Assembly (NCBI GenBank): GCA_963700285.1
Contig: CAVOXA010000010.1
Span: 832,001-896,000, forward strand
DNA from: an uncultured Chloroflexia bacterium
GTDB taxonomy: Bacteria > Chloroflexota > Anaerolineae > JAAYZQ01
DNA length: 64,000 bases
Direction: 5' to 3'
The notes beneath the pieces are model-generated. The model saw only the letters and a program-made list of their open reading frames with translations. It did no database searches and was not told where the DNA came from. Positions 26,637 to 37,020 of this stretch are shown piece after piece (positions within the stretch are counted from its first letter, which is position 1; each line of letters opens with the position of its first letter). Position numbers and translations under genes: made by a program.

Positions 26637-27689
26637 CTAGTCCTGGTTTAGGGCGGTGCTGAGGTTCTCGCTAAGCGCTTTGGCTTCGTCCAAAGCCTCG
26701 GCCTGGGTCCAGAGGAGGATCCCGCGGCGTCCGAAAAAGCCCACCAGGTCAAGGCTGTATTGCAGCAAGTCGGGTGGATTGCCCTGGGCAAAGTCCCAGG
26801 AGTAGTATCTGAGGCACAACGCGGTCTGGCCGCCGGTGATTTCCCGTACTTTTGCCCAGTCGTTCTGCGGCGCGACGAGGTCGAGCCCTCGCAGGCCCGG
26901 GGTCTCTAGCATACCGGGCAGCACGTGCACGATGTCGCCGCAGGAGTGCAGCACAGTACCGCCAAAGGCCTCCGAGAGGCGAGCGTTATAGGGCAGACCA
27001 AACTCGCGGTAGGTACGGGGGGACATGACGGCCGCGGTGTCGTCGCTGATACGGATGCCCAGGTCGGGGGGCAGGTACCAGGGCTCGTGGGACAGGGAAA
27101 AGAGCCGCTCGATCCGTCGCATTTGCAGTTGCACGAACCGGATCGTGGCCTCCGTTACCTTTTCCAGCAGGACGTGAACCTCCCTGGGACAAAGCAGCGT
27201 GGCCGTGATAAAGGCGCTGTACTCCCAGATCAGCGAGGCGGTCACCAGCGGGGAAGGTACATTGACCAGCCGCAGGGGCAAGTCGCTGTGGGCCTGGAGA
27301 TAGTCGATGCGCTCTAGAGCCAGTGTGTTCATACCTGAGGTGGCCGGATCGGGCATCTCTAGTGCGTACACGTCCTGAGGATCGCCGCCAATGAGGGGTT
27401 TGATCCAGGGGTCGGCAGTAGGATCGGTGACCCACTCACAGCCAAAGGCTGCGGCCACAACACCGATGCCCAGGTTGGGCTTTAGGTTGGGGATGAAATA
27501 GTCATCCACCTCGGCCAGTTCGCGAAAGTGTTGTTCCTGCCAGGCCAGGTCAGCGGCCACATCGTCGAGGAACTGGGTGGTGGCATGGTGGGACTGGCCG
27601 ACCTCGATCATGAAGGGGACCTGATCGCTGTCCTCCAGCAGCCAGGTGTCGCGGATCACTGCTCGTTTTTGTGCCTCGGTCAAGGGCAT
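26637..27689 (-). CDS. Uroporphyrinogen decarboxylase/MtaA-CmuA superfamily protein
   Basis: SPLVTA, ISDD..VMSPRTYREFGLPY, metal motif LHSCG. Confidence 0.82.
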   Translation of the reverse strand: MPLTEAQKRAVIRDTWLLEDSDQVPFMIEVGQSHHATTQFLDDVAADLAWQEQHFRELAEVDDYFIPNLKPNLGIGVVAAAFGCEWVTDPTADPWIKPLIGGDPQDVYALEMPDPATSGMNTLALERIDYLQAHSDLPLRLVNVPSPLVTASLIWEYSAFITATLLCPREVHVLLEKVTEATIRFVQLQMRRIERLFSLSHEPWYLPPDLGIRISDDTAAVMSPRTYREFGLPYNARLSEAFGGTVLHSCGDIVHVLPGMLETPGLRGLDLVAPQNDWAKVREITGGQTALCLRYYSWDFAQGNPPDLLQYSLDLVGFFGRRGILLWTQAEALDEAKALSENLSTALNQD

Positions 27690-27704
27690 GATGCCCTCCT
27701 TCCT

Positions 27705-28751
27705 TTAGAGCCAGTTGGCACCGGCTCTGCGCATAAGGTCAGGGATGTCTGCTGGCCGGCCGGTCTCGCCCGACTGGACCGCACCCAGGACTACGGCCAG
27801 GGCGCTGAGCGCTTGCCGGGCGCCCACTTCGGCCTGCCCGCCAGTGCGAACCGCGCGCGAAAAATCGACCAGCGCTTCCTGGATCATCGCAATGGGGTCG
27901 GCGAAGGAGGCCGGCGGGACCACCCAATCTTCCGGTTGGCCGTCCAAAGGTTGCCCTTCGAAGCTCAGTCCCCTGTAGCGATCATATACACCCACGGCCG
28001 CATCGCCATAGATGCGGATCCAGGCTGCCGGGGCCGAGGCATAGCCCGAGCCCAGGTAGCCCAGCATGCCATTCTCAAATTCTAGCAGCGTGACCGTCGT
28101 GTCGTCAATGGGGGCGGCCAGGAAACGGTGCTTCTGCCAGCCCTGAACCCGTACGATGGGGCCCAGCCAGTATTGCAGCGTGTCGATGTGATGGATGCCG
28201 ATCTGGATCAGCGGCCCGCCTGGGCACTCGCTCCGCTCCCAGCGCCATTCGTTGGGCTCAATACGGACGCCGGTGCTAGAGGAGATGTTAGCATCGACCA
28301 TCAGCAGCTGGCCCAGTGCGCCTCGTTCCAACAGCTCTTTCATTCGACGCTGCGGACGCTCCCAGCGGCACAGGTGATCGGTGCCCAGTACCAATCCCGC
28401 CTGTTCGACAGCCTTGACCACATCGACACCCTCTTCCACTGTCGCCGTGATCGGTTTGTCAACAAAGACGTGCTTGCCATGCTCGACGGCCAGCAGGATC
28501 TGTTCGTGGTGAACGCGGTTCGGGGTGATGAGGGCGACCGCTTCTAGATCCTCGCGGTTCAGCATGTCTTGGTAGCTGGGCAGCGGCTGGTAGCCGTACC
28601 TGGCTGCGAATGCCTGGCGGGTCGCCTCGGTGCGGGCAAAACAGTGGGTGATCTCTACTTCGGGTGTGGCGGCTGCGGCCTCAGCCACCCGCTCTCCCCA
28701 GTAGCCCAGCCCAACCAGGCCGAGCCGGACAGGATTCTGCTTTAGATCCAT
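27705..28751 (-). CDS. Gfo/Idh/MocA-family oxidoreductase
   Basis: GLVGLGYWG, TPNRVH, GKHVFVDKP, GGPLIQIGIHHID. Confidence 0.92.
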   Translation of the reverse strand: MDLKQNPVRLGLVGLGYWGERVAEAAAATPEVEITHCFARTEATRQAFAARYGYQPLPSYQDMLNREDLEAVALITPNRVHHEQILLAVEHGKHVFVDKPITATVEEGVDVVKAVEQAGLVLGTDHLCRWERPQRRMKELLERGALGQLLMVDANISSSTGVRIEPNEWRWERSECPGGPLIQIGIHHIDTLQYWLGPIVRVQGWQKHRFLAAPIDDTTVTLLEFENGMLGYLGSGYASAPAAWIRIYGDAAVGVYDRYRGLSFEGQPLDGQPEDWVVPPASFADPIAMIQEALVDFSRAVRTGGQAEVGARQALSALAVVLGAVQSGETGRPADIPDLMRRAGANWL

Positions 28752-28819
28752 GCTATTTGGTCCTCCTTCTGTGAAAGCGCGCTGATGAACCTACAACTTG
28801 ATCAGGCAATAGATGAACA

Positions 28820-28923
28820 CGTCATTCTGAGCGTAGCGAAGAATCTCTTCTGCGCTTTTCAACTAATTCCATTTGACGAAGTGGAGATTCTTCGCCTCCG
28901 CTGCGCTCCGGCTCAGAATGACG
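28820..28923. repeat. REP-like inverted repeat element
   Basis: CGTCATTCTGAGCGTAGCGAAGAATCTC ... GAGATTCTTCGC...GCTCAGAATGACG; a half-copy GCTCAGAATGAC also lies at 26610-26621. Confidence 0.85.
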
Positions 28924-29029
28924 GGCTTCTAGAAGCTTGGACTTTTTCTATGCAGCTCGATCTTGTTACCAGTCTGAGCTGTCAAGACCCATACGCATTC
29001 ACTACAATCTTACGAGGTCGCGTTGCCGA

Positions 29030-30349
29030 TCAGCGTGCCATCCCGGCCAGCACCGCGTCAAACTGTTCCAGTGCCCAGTCTATGTCCTCGAGGGTGTGGG
29101 CGCCGCTGATGCCTGAATGGCCAATGGCGTGGCCGATGGTTTGAAAGTAGATGCCCCGCTGGAAGCAGCCTCGCACAAACCGGTGCATCATCTCGCTATC
29201 CAGTTTGACCGCCTCCTGGTAGTTGTGCACCGGTTCATCGATGCCAAAATAGATGCCAAAACGCGCGCCCAGACCCTGCACGCGCCCGGGCAGGCCATGT
29301 TTGGCAAAGAGTTGGTTCAGGCCTTCGTAGAGACGGCCGGCCAGGACGCGAATGTGCGGATAGAAGCTGGGCCGACCGAGTTCCCCAAGGGTGGCCAGCG
29401 CGGCCAGCACCCCGAATTGATGGCCGCTGTAAGTTCCGCTCTGAGATACCACCCCCAATGGGGCCAGTTCGTCCATGATCCCGGCCTTGCCGGCCAGGAT
29501 GGCGATGGGCACGCCGTTGGCAACCGCTTTGGCCAGCGTGCAGAGGTCGGGCGTGATGCCATAGTAGCCCTGCATGCAGTCCACGCCCGTGCGAAAGCCG
29601 GACAGGATCTCGTCAAAGATCAGCACAATGCCCTGCCGGGCTGTCACGTCGCGCACGTGGGCCAGAAAGCCGGGATCGGCGGGGATACAGCCCGAGTTGT
29701 AACAGACCGGCTCCATGATGACGGCCGCGATCTCGCTCCCCTCCAGGGCGATGGCCTGGCCAAAGGCGGCCGCATCATTCCAGGGCACGATGGTGACGAG
29801 ATTGCCAAACTCCTCCGGCACGCCAGCCGTCAGGGGAGTCCCCCTGCTGAACTTGACCTCGTCCGTCAGGCTATGGCGGGGACCATAGTAGATCAACTCG
29901 TGCATGCCGTGAAAGTGACCTTCAAACTTGAGGATCTTGGGACGCTGGGTGTACGCCCGCGCCAGGCGGAGGGCGACAAGCGTAACCTCAGTTCCGGAGG
30001 GCAGGTATCGAACCCGTTCTGCGCAGGGGATGACCTCACAGATCTGTTGGGCCAGCCGGGCCGTGTATTCGGTCTCGCAGCCGCAGATCAGGCCCATGTC
30101 CAGTACCTTTTCCACGGCCTGGCGGAGGGCGGGATGGTTGTGACCCAAGATGGTGGCCCCGTGGGACAGGTTGAAGTCCAGGTAGCGGTGTCCGTCGACG
30201 CCCCACAAGTAGGCGCCGTCTCCCCGCTCAAAGTAGGCGGGATGGCCCAGACTGCCGTTGAACCGGCCGGCCGCGCCAACGCCGCCTACCAGGTACTCCT
30301 GGGCGAATTCGTAGAGCGGGGCGTTTTCTGTGAATGTGGTGTCTTGCAT
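29030..30349 (-). CDS. Class III PLP aminotransferase, glutamate-1-semialdehyde aminomutase-like
   Basis: SGTE, KFEGHFHG, IFDEILSGFR, PDLCTLAKAVANG; start ATG 30349. Confidence 0.9.
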   Translation of the reverse strand: MQDTTFTENAPLYEFAQEYLVGGVGAAGRFNGSLGHPAYFERGDGAYLWGVDGHRYLDFNLSHGATILGHNHPALRQAVEKVLDMGLICGCETEYTARLAQQICEVIPCAERVRYLPSGTEVTLVALRLARAYTQRPKILKFEGHFHGMHELIYYGPRHSLTDEVKFSRGTPLTAGVPEEFGNLVTIVPWNDAAAFGQAIALEGSEIAAVIMEPVCYNSGCIPADPGFLAHVRDVTARQGIVLIFDEILSGFRTGVDCMQGYYGITPDLCTLAKAVANGVPIAILAGKAGIMDELAPLGVVSQSGTYSGHQFGVLAALATLGELGRPSFYPHIRVLAGRLYEGLNQLFAKHGLPGRVQGLGARFGIYFGIDEPVHNYQEAVKLDSEMMHRFVRGCFQRGIYFQTIGHAIGHSGISGAHTLEDIDWALEQFDAVLAGMAR

Positions 30350-30390
30350 GGTTTGCCTCACCTGCCATCTACAGACCTCACGGTTGCCTT

Positions 30391-32031
30391 CTATTCCTTG
30401 GGCAGTGTAGGGTCTTCGCGCGTGATTACCTCCAGCAGGGCGGCTCGACCAGATCCAACCTGCTGAATGCACCGCTTCAGGGCGGGTTGAATCTCCTCAG
30501 GCTGTTCGACGCGCTCCGCATATCCCCCCAGAGCTTCCGCCACTTGGCTGTAGCGGTTGCCCGGCATAAAGCGGAGTCGGTAGCGTTCGGACGAGACGGG
30601 GAGCAACTGATCATAGCCCCCCAACCTCCCGTTGTTTAGGACCACGGTCAACACGGGTATTTGGTTGCGCACAGCGGTCTCGAAATCCATCCCCACCATG
30701 CCAAAAGCTGCGTCACCCATCACATTGACGGAGAGCCAGTCTGGCCGAGCGAGCTTTGCTCCCATCGCCAGCCCCAGGCCGGTGCCCAGTTGGGTCGACT
30801 TGCCCCATCCCAGGTACGTTCTGGCGGCGATGGCCTCATAGAAAGGCAGCATCTGGTCTCGGGGATTGCCTGCATCGTGGGTTACTACTGTCGACCGGCG
30901 GTCAACCGCGCGCATTAGCTCCCAGACGACCCGATAGGGGTTGATGGGCACTTCATCAGAGGTCAGGCGTGGCATCCAGGCCCGCATAAATTGATCGCGT
31001 ACCACCCGGACCTCGCGGATCACCCCATCCTGCCCCCGCCGGCCGTCGGGCCCGGTCTGCGCCTGGACCCGTTCTATCATTTGTTGGAGGACGGCCCGGG
31101 CGTCACCAATCACCCCGATGGAGATCGAGTAATCCTTGCTGAGGTCGCGCTCGTCGATGGTGATCTGCCCCATCACCTTTCCGGGCGGGATGGGAGTCAC
31201 AAAGCTCGAGCGAGTGAAGCTGGTGCCAATCCCCAGCACGAAATCCGCCTTGTCCAGAAAGTGGGTCACCGTGCGGGGACGGGAGTTGCCGCCAGCGCCC
31301 AGGGCCAGCGCGTGGTCTTCGGGGAAAGCGCTCTTGCCGTTCATCGTGGTCATCACTGGAAGCTGAACCAACTCGGCCAAGCCTCGCAACTCTTCCCACG
31401 CCTGCGCAAAGTGAATGCCCTGCCCGGCCACGATCACTGGGCTCCGCGCCTTTAGCAATGCCTCGACGACCTCATTGACCAGTGCGGGGTCTCCTAGCGG
31501 AGCAGAACGCTTTGGCGGTAAATATTCAAAACGGTCATCGGCCAATTCCTCGGCCAGTACGTCTCGAGGCACCTCCAGCACAACCGGTCCAGGACAGCCG
31601 TTGCGCAACAGCGTGAAGGCCCTCTGCAGCATCTGCGGGATCCGTTCGACCAGGTTGATCTGGTCAGTCCACTTGGTGATGGGTTGGAAGCTGGGCAGCA
31701 CGCGGAAATTGGGCGAGACTCCCTGGGACGGTCGGGCATAGGCGCCGGGAAGCAAGAGGATTGGGCTGCTGTCTGAGTATGCCTGGGCCACCGCGCCAAA
31801 GGCATTCTCGATGCCTGGGCCGTCCTGCACCAGGCAGACCCCGATGCGCCGGCCGTTGGTCAGCCGTGAATAGCCATCGGCGATGTTGATCGCTACCCGT
31901 TCGGTGCGCGCCATGATGGGGCGGATGCTCTGCCCGGCACAGGCGTCGATGATCTCATTATGGGGAAAACAGGTTACGAACTCGACTGCTTCTTGCTTCA
32001 GAACCCGAGCGATCGCGTGTGACCCTTGCAT
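30391..32031 (-). CDS. ThDP-dependent enzyme (acetolactate synthase/decarboxylase-like family)
   Basis: ARTER..ADGYSR, GPVVLEVPRD, MGDAAFGM...VLNN. Confidence 0.9.
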   Translation of the reverse strand: MQGSHAIARVLKQEAVEFVTCFPHNEIIDACAGQSIRPIMARTERVAINIADGYSRLTNGRRIGVCLVQDGPGIENAFGAVAQAYSDSSPILLLPGAYARPSQGVSPNFRVLPSFQPITKWTDQINLVERIPQMLQRAFTLLRNGCPGPVVLEVPRDVLAEELADDRFEYLPPKRSAPLGDPALVNEVVEALLKARSPVIVAGQGIHFAQAWEELRGLAELVQLPVMTTMNGKSAFPEDHALALGAGGNSRPRTVTHFLDKADFVLGIGTSFTRSSFVTPIPPGKVMGQITIDERDLSKDYSISIGVIGDARAVLQQMIERVQAQTGPDGRRGQDGVIREVRVVRDQFMRAWMPRLTSDEVPINPYRVVWELMRAVDRRSTVVTHDAGNPRDQMLPFYEAIAARTYLGWGKSTQLGTGLGLAMGAKLARPDWLSVNVMGDAAFGMVGMDFETAVRNQIPVLTVVLNNGRLGGYDQLLPVSSERYRLRFMPGNRYSQVAEALGGYAERVEQPEEIQPALKRCIQQVGSGRAALLEVITREDPTLPKE

Positions 32032-32077
32032 GCCATGTCCTCCTTAGCGCGCATTTATGAATACCTCCCAAATGAGG

Positions 32078-33604
32078 TCATCCGTATACAACCGGTTCAG
32101 GGATCCATTCAAAGTCCTCGAAGGGGTAGAGCGGCCAGGGTCTGCGTTGAAAGGGCAGCGAGGTCAGTTCGGGGCTGGTCACACCGGGCCCAGCCACGAA
32201 CAGGATGCGCCGGGCGATAGGCGCGTAGCTGGCCTTGAACGTGGAATTGGACTTGGTGAGCACGATCCAGGCCTGCGCGGGCTCCAGGCCGACGGCCCTG
32301 TAGAAATCGGGCGAATGGGTCCAGGTCCTTTCGCTGGTGATGACGACCTTTAACCGGTCCACCTCTAGCACCGACGTCAGGCCCATGTGCATGATCAGGC
32401 CCGTGTAGGACGGACCCGAAATCCGAAACCGGCCGTCGAACAAGGTGCGCAGCACGCCTTCGAGGTGGATCGGCTGGTTGAACCGGCGGTCCATCTGGCC
32501 GCCAACCCTGAGGGAGACCCGTTCTCCAAGGTTGTGCCGGGCGGCCGCCCGGGCAGCAGCCGCGTCCACGACTGTCACCAGCGCGTCGCCCGGCAGGCGC
32601 TGCTCAACCTCCAACAGTTGCCGCAGCAAACGCGTTGCATCGCCGGTCGCCCCGCCGGCAATGGCATCAGCCGAGTCAGAGATCACAAAGGGCCCCGCCG
32701 ATGATACGGCGCCCCCGGCCAAGGCCAGGTCGACGGCCTGCTCGACCGAGTGATACTCGGCGCTGAATGCGCCCCTCAGATTCCAAAGCTGCTGAGCCAG
32801 AGACGCTGCCGTATCGGAAGCCCTGGCAGCAGTATCACCACTCGACTCCTCAAAGACCACCAAGATGGTTGCACCCAGGTGGGATACATCCAGCCAGGGC
32901 TGCGGGTAAAAGATGGAGGTGGAGAGAATTCCCGCTCGCTCCCGTTCCGTGCGAGCTGCCTGGAGGAGATCCGCTGCGGGACCAGGCTCGCTGGTGTCTA
33001 CCGCTTCGGCAGGCAGATCCAGGGGTACTCGGACAAACGCCGTCCTCGGCTTGACTTGCTCGCGGACGATTTTGACCAGCAACTCGGCGGCCCGCACGCC
33101 TGTCTCGAATAGGTCGGTGTGGGGGCAGGTGTCAAAGCCGACGACCGCGTCGGCGTGCTCCAGCAGGCCGGAGGTTGGAACGGCATGGAGATCCAGCGAT
33201 ACCACCACCGGAATGACGCCAGATATCGTACGAAGCCTGGCGAGCAGGTCGCCCTCAGGGTCATCAAAGCCCTCCACGAGCATGGCCCCATGCAGGGCCA
33301 GCAGGATGCCGTCCGCCGGGAGCAGGGATTCAACCCGCTGGAGCAACTCCTCGCTCAGCACCTCATAGGCACCCTGCTCGACCGGTCCCGAGGACATGGC
33401 CATGGTCGCCAGGGTGGGCGCCATCTCTGCGCCTTCGCGCCGGGCCACAGCATAGAAGCCGCCTATCTCGGTGCCCGTACCGGCCAGGTGGTTCTCGACC
33501 TCGGCCCCCCGGTACAGGTGGTAGCTGCCAAAGTCGTGGAGGCCGGTCCGCAGCGGGGAGAAACTGTTGGCCTCCTGCTTGAATTCAGCGCAGATGAAGC
33601 GCAA
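32078..33604 (-). CDS. M81/MlrC-family metallopeptidase
   Basis: QEANSF, LHGAM, SLDLHA, PHTD, DSAD..GG, KS. Confidence 0.88.
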   Translation of the reverse strand: MRFICAEFKQEANSFSPLRTGLHDFGSYHLYRGAEVENHLAGTGTEIGGFYAVARREGAEMAPTLATMAMSSGPVEQGAYEVLSEELLQRVESLLPADGILLALHGAMLVEGFDDPEGDLLARLRTISGVIPVVVSLDLHAVPTSGLLEHADAVVGFDTCPHTDLFETGVRAAELLVKIVREQVKPRTAFVRVPLDLPAEAVDTSEPGPAADLLQAARTERERAGILSTSIFYPQPWLDVSHLGATILVVFEESSGDTAARASDTAASLAQQLWNLRGAFSAEYHSVEQAVDLALAGGAVSSAGPFVISDSADAIAGGATGDATRLLRQLLEVEQRLPGDALVTVVDAAAARAAARHNLGERVSLRVGGQMDRRFNQPIHLEGVLRTLFDGRFRISGPSYTGLIMHMGLTSVLEVDRLKVVITSERTWTHSPDFYRAVGLEPAQAWIVLTKSNSTFKASYAPIARRILFVAGPGVTSPELTSLPFQRRPWPLYPFEDFEWIPEPVVYG

Positions 33605-33607
33605 GGT

Positions 33608-35467
33608 TCATCTCCAAAGATCGTCGGCCACGTCGGCCATGCCCAGCCGTTCAAGTACCTCGCGCTTGGGCACCGCGGCATCCTGCGTCCAGCCAACGTC
33701 GTCCAGATACTCTTTCTGCAGGCGCTCGATCTGGACGGATATGCCAGCCGTGGGACCGTCGGGCAGGGCGGGATAGCCATAGGCCCGCTTGGGGATGGAG
33801 TAGGCCACCGGGTTGATGCCGTCGCGCACGGTGAATGCCTGGCGGATGTTGGCGATGCGCTCGCCCGCGGCCAGCATGTCGTCGACGGTGAAGGGCTGGC
33901 CAGTGACGGCGCTCATGAACTCAGGCACGAACTCGACGCGCGTGGAGAGGTAGCCGAACAGGCAGGCACCCGAGGCGTTCATGGTGTGGCACAGGAAACT
34001 GGCCTCTTTGATCCACTCCCCGCGGCCCTCCTGCGCCTCCCGTTCGACGCCAAAGCCGGGGCGCGGGCTGTCATGGCCCTCCGGCACCAGGTATTGGCAG
34101 GCCTGGGTGTGCCGGCCTGGTGTGGCCTCGATCTTGTAGATAACGCCCATCGCAGGTTCAAAGCGCGGATCGTGCATGGCCAGTTCCTGCCCGCCGACGT
34201 GGACGGCAAAGGGCTCGGCCGCAGGTCCTAGGTGCTCGGCGGCACGCTGCACGCCATCGGCCAGCAGATCGCCGAAATCCTGACGCAGAGCCAGCTTTTG
34301 GAGCATGGTATTCATGGCCCGGTGATCGCCCCAGGAAAGCTCGAGGCCGCCAGTGTCTTCCAACCCGATGAGGCCCTCTTGGAAGCACTCGATGGCAAAG
34401 GCCACGCAGGCGCCGGCCGAGATGGTGTCCAGGCCGTAGCGGTTACACAGGTCGTTGGCCTTGATGAGCGCCGGGTAGTCATCGACCAGGGCCATGCTGC
34501 CAAAGGCGGCGCCGGTTTCGTACTCGGGCTGGTGCGCTTCGATGAGTTCGCCACCGTACTCAACACGGCTGGTTCCCCAGCAGGCGATGGGGCATTGCCA
34601 GCAGGCCTCCTTCTTGACGCGATATTTGAGCAGTTCCTGGAACGAAAGGCTGTCTGGATCAGAGATGGCTTTGACGCTGGCTCCCCAGTTGCGGGTGGGG
34701 GAATCGCCGTTCACTGCACCGACCGGGGTGTAGCCGGGCGTGGCCTCATTGCGGTACGAGTCGGAAAAGCCCACGCCGCTGGTGATCTGTTTGACGTACT
34801 TTTGCCTGACTTTTTTGACCGCCGCCGGGTCAGCCAGGGGTACCTCTTTACTGCCCCGGGCGGCGATCATCTTGAGTTTTTTGCTGCCCATCACCGCGCC
34901 GACGCCTGAGCGGCCGGCGGCACGGCCTTTGTAGTGGATCACCGACGAGATCAGGGACAGCTTTTCGCCGGCAGGACCGATGCAAGCCGCCTCAACATCG
35001 TCGCCCAGCTCGGCCTTGGTCCAATCTTCGATCTCGTAGCAGTCCATGCCCCATAGATGGCTAGCGTCACGAAGCTCGGCCTGGCCATCGTCCAGGTAAA
35101 GGTACACTGGATGGTCGGCGATGCCCCTGACATAGACCGCATCGTAGCCGGCCTGCTTGAGGGCGACGCCAAAGAACCCGCTGGCGTTGGCATCGCCCCA
35201 GGTTCCGGTCAGCGGGGACTTGCAGACGACGGTCCAACGCGTGCCGGTGGGTGCCGGCGTGCCGGTCAGCGGCCCCGTGGTAAAGCCCAAGATGTTGTCC
35301 GGCCCCAGCGGGTCGGTTCCCGGCTCCATCAGATCATAAAACAGGCGCGCGCTTGTGCCATAGCCGCCGATAAAGTCGCGCAGCAACCCCTCATCGGGGG
35401 TCTCTTCCCGGATCGATCCTTCGGTCAGGTCGACCCACAAAAACTTGCCCATATAGCCACCCAGCAT
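33608..35467 (-). CDS. Aldehyde:ferredoxin oxidoreductase (W/Mo-pterin AOR family)
   Basis: KSPLTG, AAGRSGVGAVMGSKKLK, CWQCPIAC, PEYET, GLDTIS. Confidence 0.93.
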   Translation of the reverse strand: MLGGYMGKFLWVDLTEGSIREETPDEGLLRDFIGGYGTSARLFYDLMEPGTDPLGPDNILGFTTGPLTGTPAPTGTRWTVVCKSPLTGTWGDANASGFFGVALKQAGYDAVYVRGIADHPVYLYLDDGQAELRDASHLWGMDCYEIEDWTKAELGDDVEAACIGPAGEKLSLISSVIHYKGRAAGRSGVGAVMGSKKLKMIAARGSKEVPLADPAAVKKVRQKYVKQITSGVGFSDSYRNEATPGYTPVGAVNGDSPTRNWGASVKAISDPDSLSFQELLKYRVKKEACWQCPIACWGTSRVEYGGELIEAHQPEYETGAAFGSMALVDDYPALIKANDLCNRYGLDTISAGACVAFAIECFQEGLIGLEDTGGLELSWGDHRAMNTMLQKLALRQDFGDLLADGVQRAAEHLGPAAEPFAVHVGGQELAMHDPRFEPAMGVIYKIEATPGRHTQACQYLVPEGHDSPRPGFGVEREAQEGRGEWIKEASFLCHTMNASGACLFGYLSTRVEFVPEFMSAVTGQPFTVDDMLAAGERIANIRQAFTVRDGINPVAYSIPKRAYGYPALPDGPTAGISVQIERLQKEYLDDVGWTQDAAVPKREVLERLGMADVADDLWR

Positions 35468-35494
35468 CTTACCCTCCTTTGTCTGTCTCCATGT

Positions 35495-36928
35495 CTATCG
35501 CCAGCCCCGCTGTCCGGCCAGCCCCCTGCTGGGAGCAGGGGTAAATTTCTTGTCCGGTTCGCCCACCAGTTGGCCATCCCTGACCCACTTGAGATCACTG
35601 CCATAGAGGCTGCTTGCTAGCAAACCGGCCAAGTCACTGCGCACATCGACATGCGCGGGATCGCCCGCCATGTCGTGCATCTCCTGGGGGTCCGATTCCA
35701 GGTCAAAGAGCTGAAAGCGGTTGCCGACGGGGTACCAGATCAACTTGTACCGGCCAGCGCGGACCATGCGCATGGCGCGGTCGTCCTCCCAATGCTCGCA
35801 GTAGAGGTGGTCGCGTCGATGGGTAGAGAGCAGTGAGTGACCCTCCACCGTCTCGGGGATCGGGATGCCGGCCAGGTCCAGCAGTGTGGGCATGACGTCG
35901 CGCAGGGCGACCAATCGGTCGTCGACTTGGTGGTGACCCATGCGCTCATACCTGGCCGTTGGCATCAGGATCATGGGTACCCGGGACGACCACTCGTGCA
36001 TGGTCGGCTTGGCCCACAGGTTGTGGTGGCCCAGCATATCGCCGTGATCGCTGGTGAACAGAAGGATGGTGTCGTCTAGCAGGCCCTCTTCGCTCAAGGT
36101 ACCGATGAGGAGCCTCATCTGGTGATCGATGTAGGTGCACTGGGCGTAGAAGCCCATACGGGCGAGCTTTGTCCCGGTCGGATCCAGCCGCGAGCGTTTG
36201 TCCATGTGGAGCTTCAGGGCGTAGGGCAGCTGGCAAAAGTCCTTAACCCACTCGCCGATGAAGGGCTCGTCCACACCCAGGTTGCGGTACATGTCCAGAT
36301 ACTCCTGAGGTGGTGTAACCGGCGGATGGGGTGTAACGAAGGAGCAGTACCAAAAACCAGGGCGCGTTGGATCGCGGCGCTGGATGACGCGGCACATCTG
36401 CCGCACCGTCCAATGGGTGGGATGGCAGTATTCCGGAAGGTGCCAGGGGCGCGTGCAGTACTCGTTGTTGCCCATGGCGTGAGTGAGTTCCTGGCCGGCA
36501 TAGCCTTCATCGGCCAGAAACAGCTCATAGTCATCCCTGCCACCGCCCAGATGGTGCCGTCCTTCCTCGTTGAGGATTACGTCATCAAAGCCGATGCGGT
36601 CCCGCTGGGGGTAGATGTGGAGTTTGCCCACGGCAAATGCCTGATAGCCGGCATCGCGGAACACCTGCGGCAGGGTAGGCAGCCCAGGGTCCATCTCCTG
36701 GTACTCGTCAAAAACGCGGTCGCCGTGGGTTTGGGCCCTGGTACCAGTCATGAGCGCCCGTCGCGCCGGGATGCAGGTGGCCGTCGTCGAGTAGGCCTGG
36801 GTATAGAGCGTGCCGTTGTCGGCCAGCCGGTCCAGCGTGGGGGTGAGAATACGTCCGTGGCCCACGGACCCGAGGAGTGGCCCGGGCCAATGGTCCACGC
36901 AGATGAGTAGTACATTCGGTCGCGTCAT
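35495..36928 (-). CDS. Cys-type sulfatase
   Basis: PNVLLICVD, CIPAR (CxPxR), GKLH, PHPP, SDHGDM, QLFDLESDP. Confidence 0.93.
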   Translation of the reverse strand: MTRPNVLLICVDHWPGPLLGSVGHGRILTPTLDRLADNGTLYTQAYSTTATCIPARRALMTGTRAQTHGDRVFDEYQEMDPGLPTLPQVFRDAGYQAFAVGKLHIYPQRDRIGFDDVILNEEGRHHLGGGRDDYELFLADEGYAGQELTHAMGNNEYCTRPWHLPEYCHPTHWTVRQMCRVIQRRDPTRPGFWYCSFVTPHPPVTPPQEYLDMYRNLGVDEPFIGEWVKDFCQLPYALKLHMDKRSRLDPTGTKLARMGFYAQCTYIDHQMRLLIGTLSEEGLLDDTILLFTSDHGDMLGHHNLWAKPTMHEWSSRVPMILMPTARYERMGHHQVDDRLVALRDVMPTLLDLAGIPIPETVEGHSLLSTHRRDHLYCEHWEDDRAMRMVRAGRYKLIWYPVGNRFQLFDLESDPQEMHDMAGDPAHVDVRSDLAGLLASSLYGSDLKWVRDGQLVGEPDKKFTPAPSRGLAGQRGWR

Positions 36929-36969
36929 GGACAGATCCTGTTTGAAACGCAGGCGAAATCCCGCCAGGG

Positions 36970-37020
36970 TGTAACCGGTTTCTCGGTTAACAGTTTACCA
37001 CAGGCCTGCCCCCGTGTCAA
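36970..37020 (-). promoter_or_regulatory. Promoter with LacI-type operator (sulfatase-AOR-MlrC-ThDP-aminotransferase operon)
   Basis: Minus strand TTGACA(37020-37015)-N17-TAAACT(36997-36992); operator TGTAACCGGTTTCT at 36970-36983. Confidence 0.75.
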
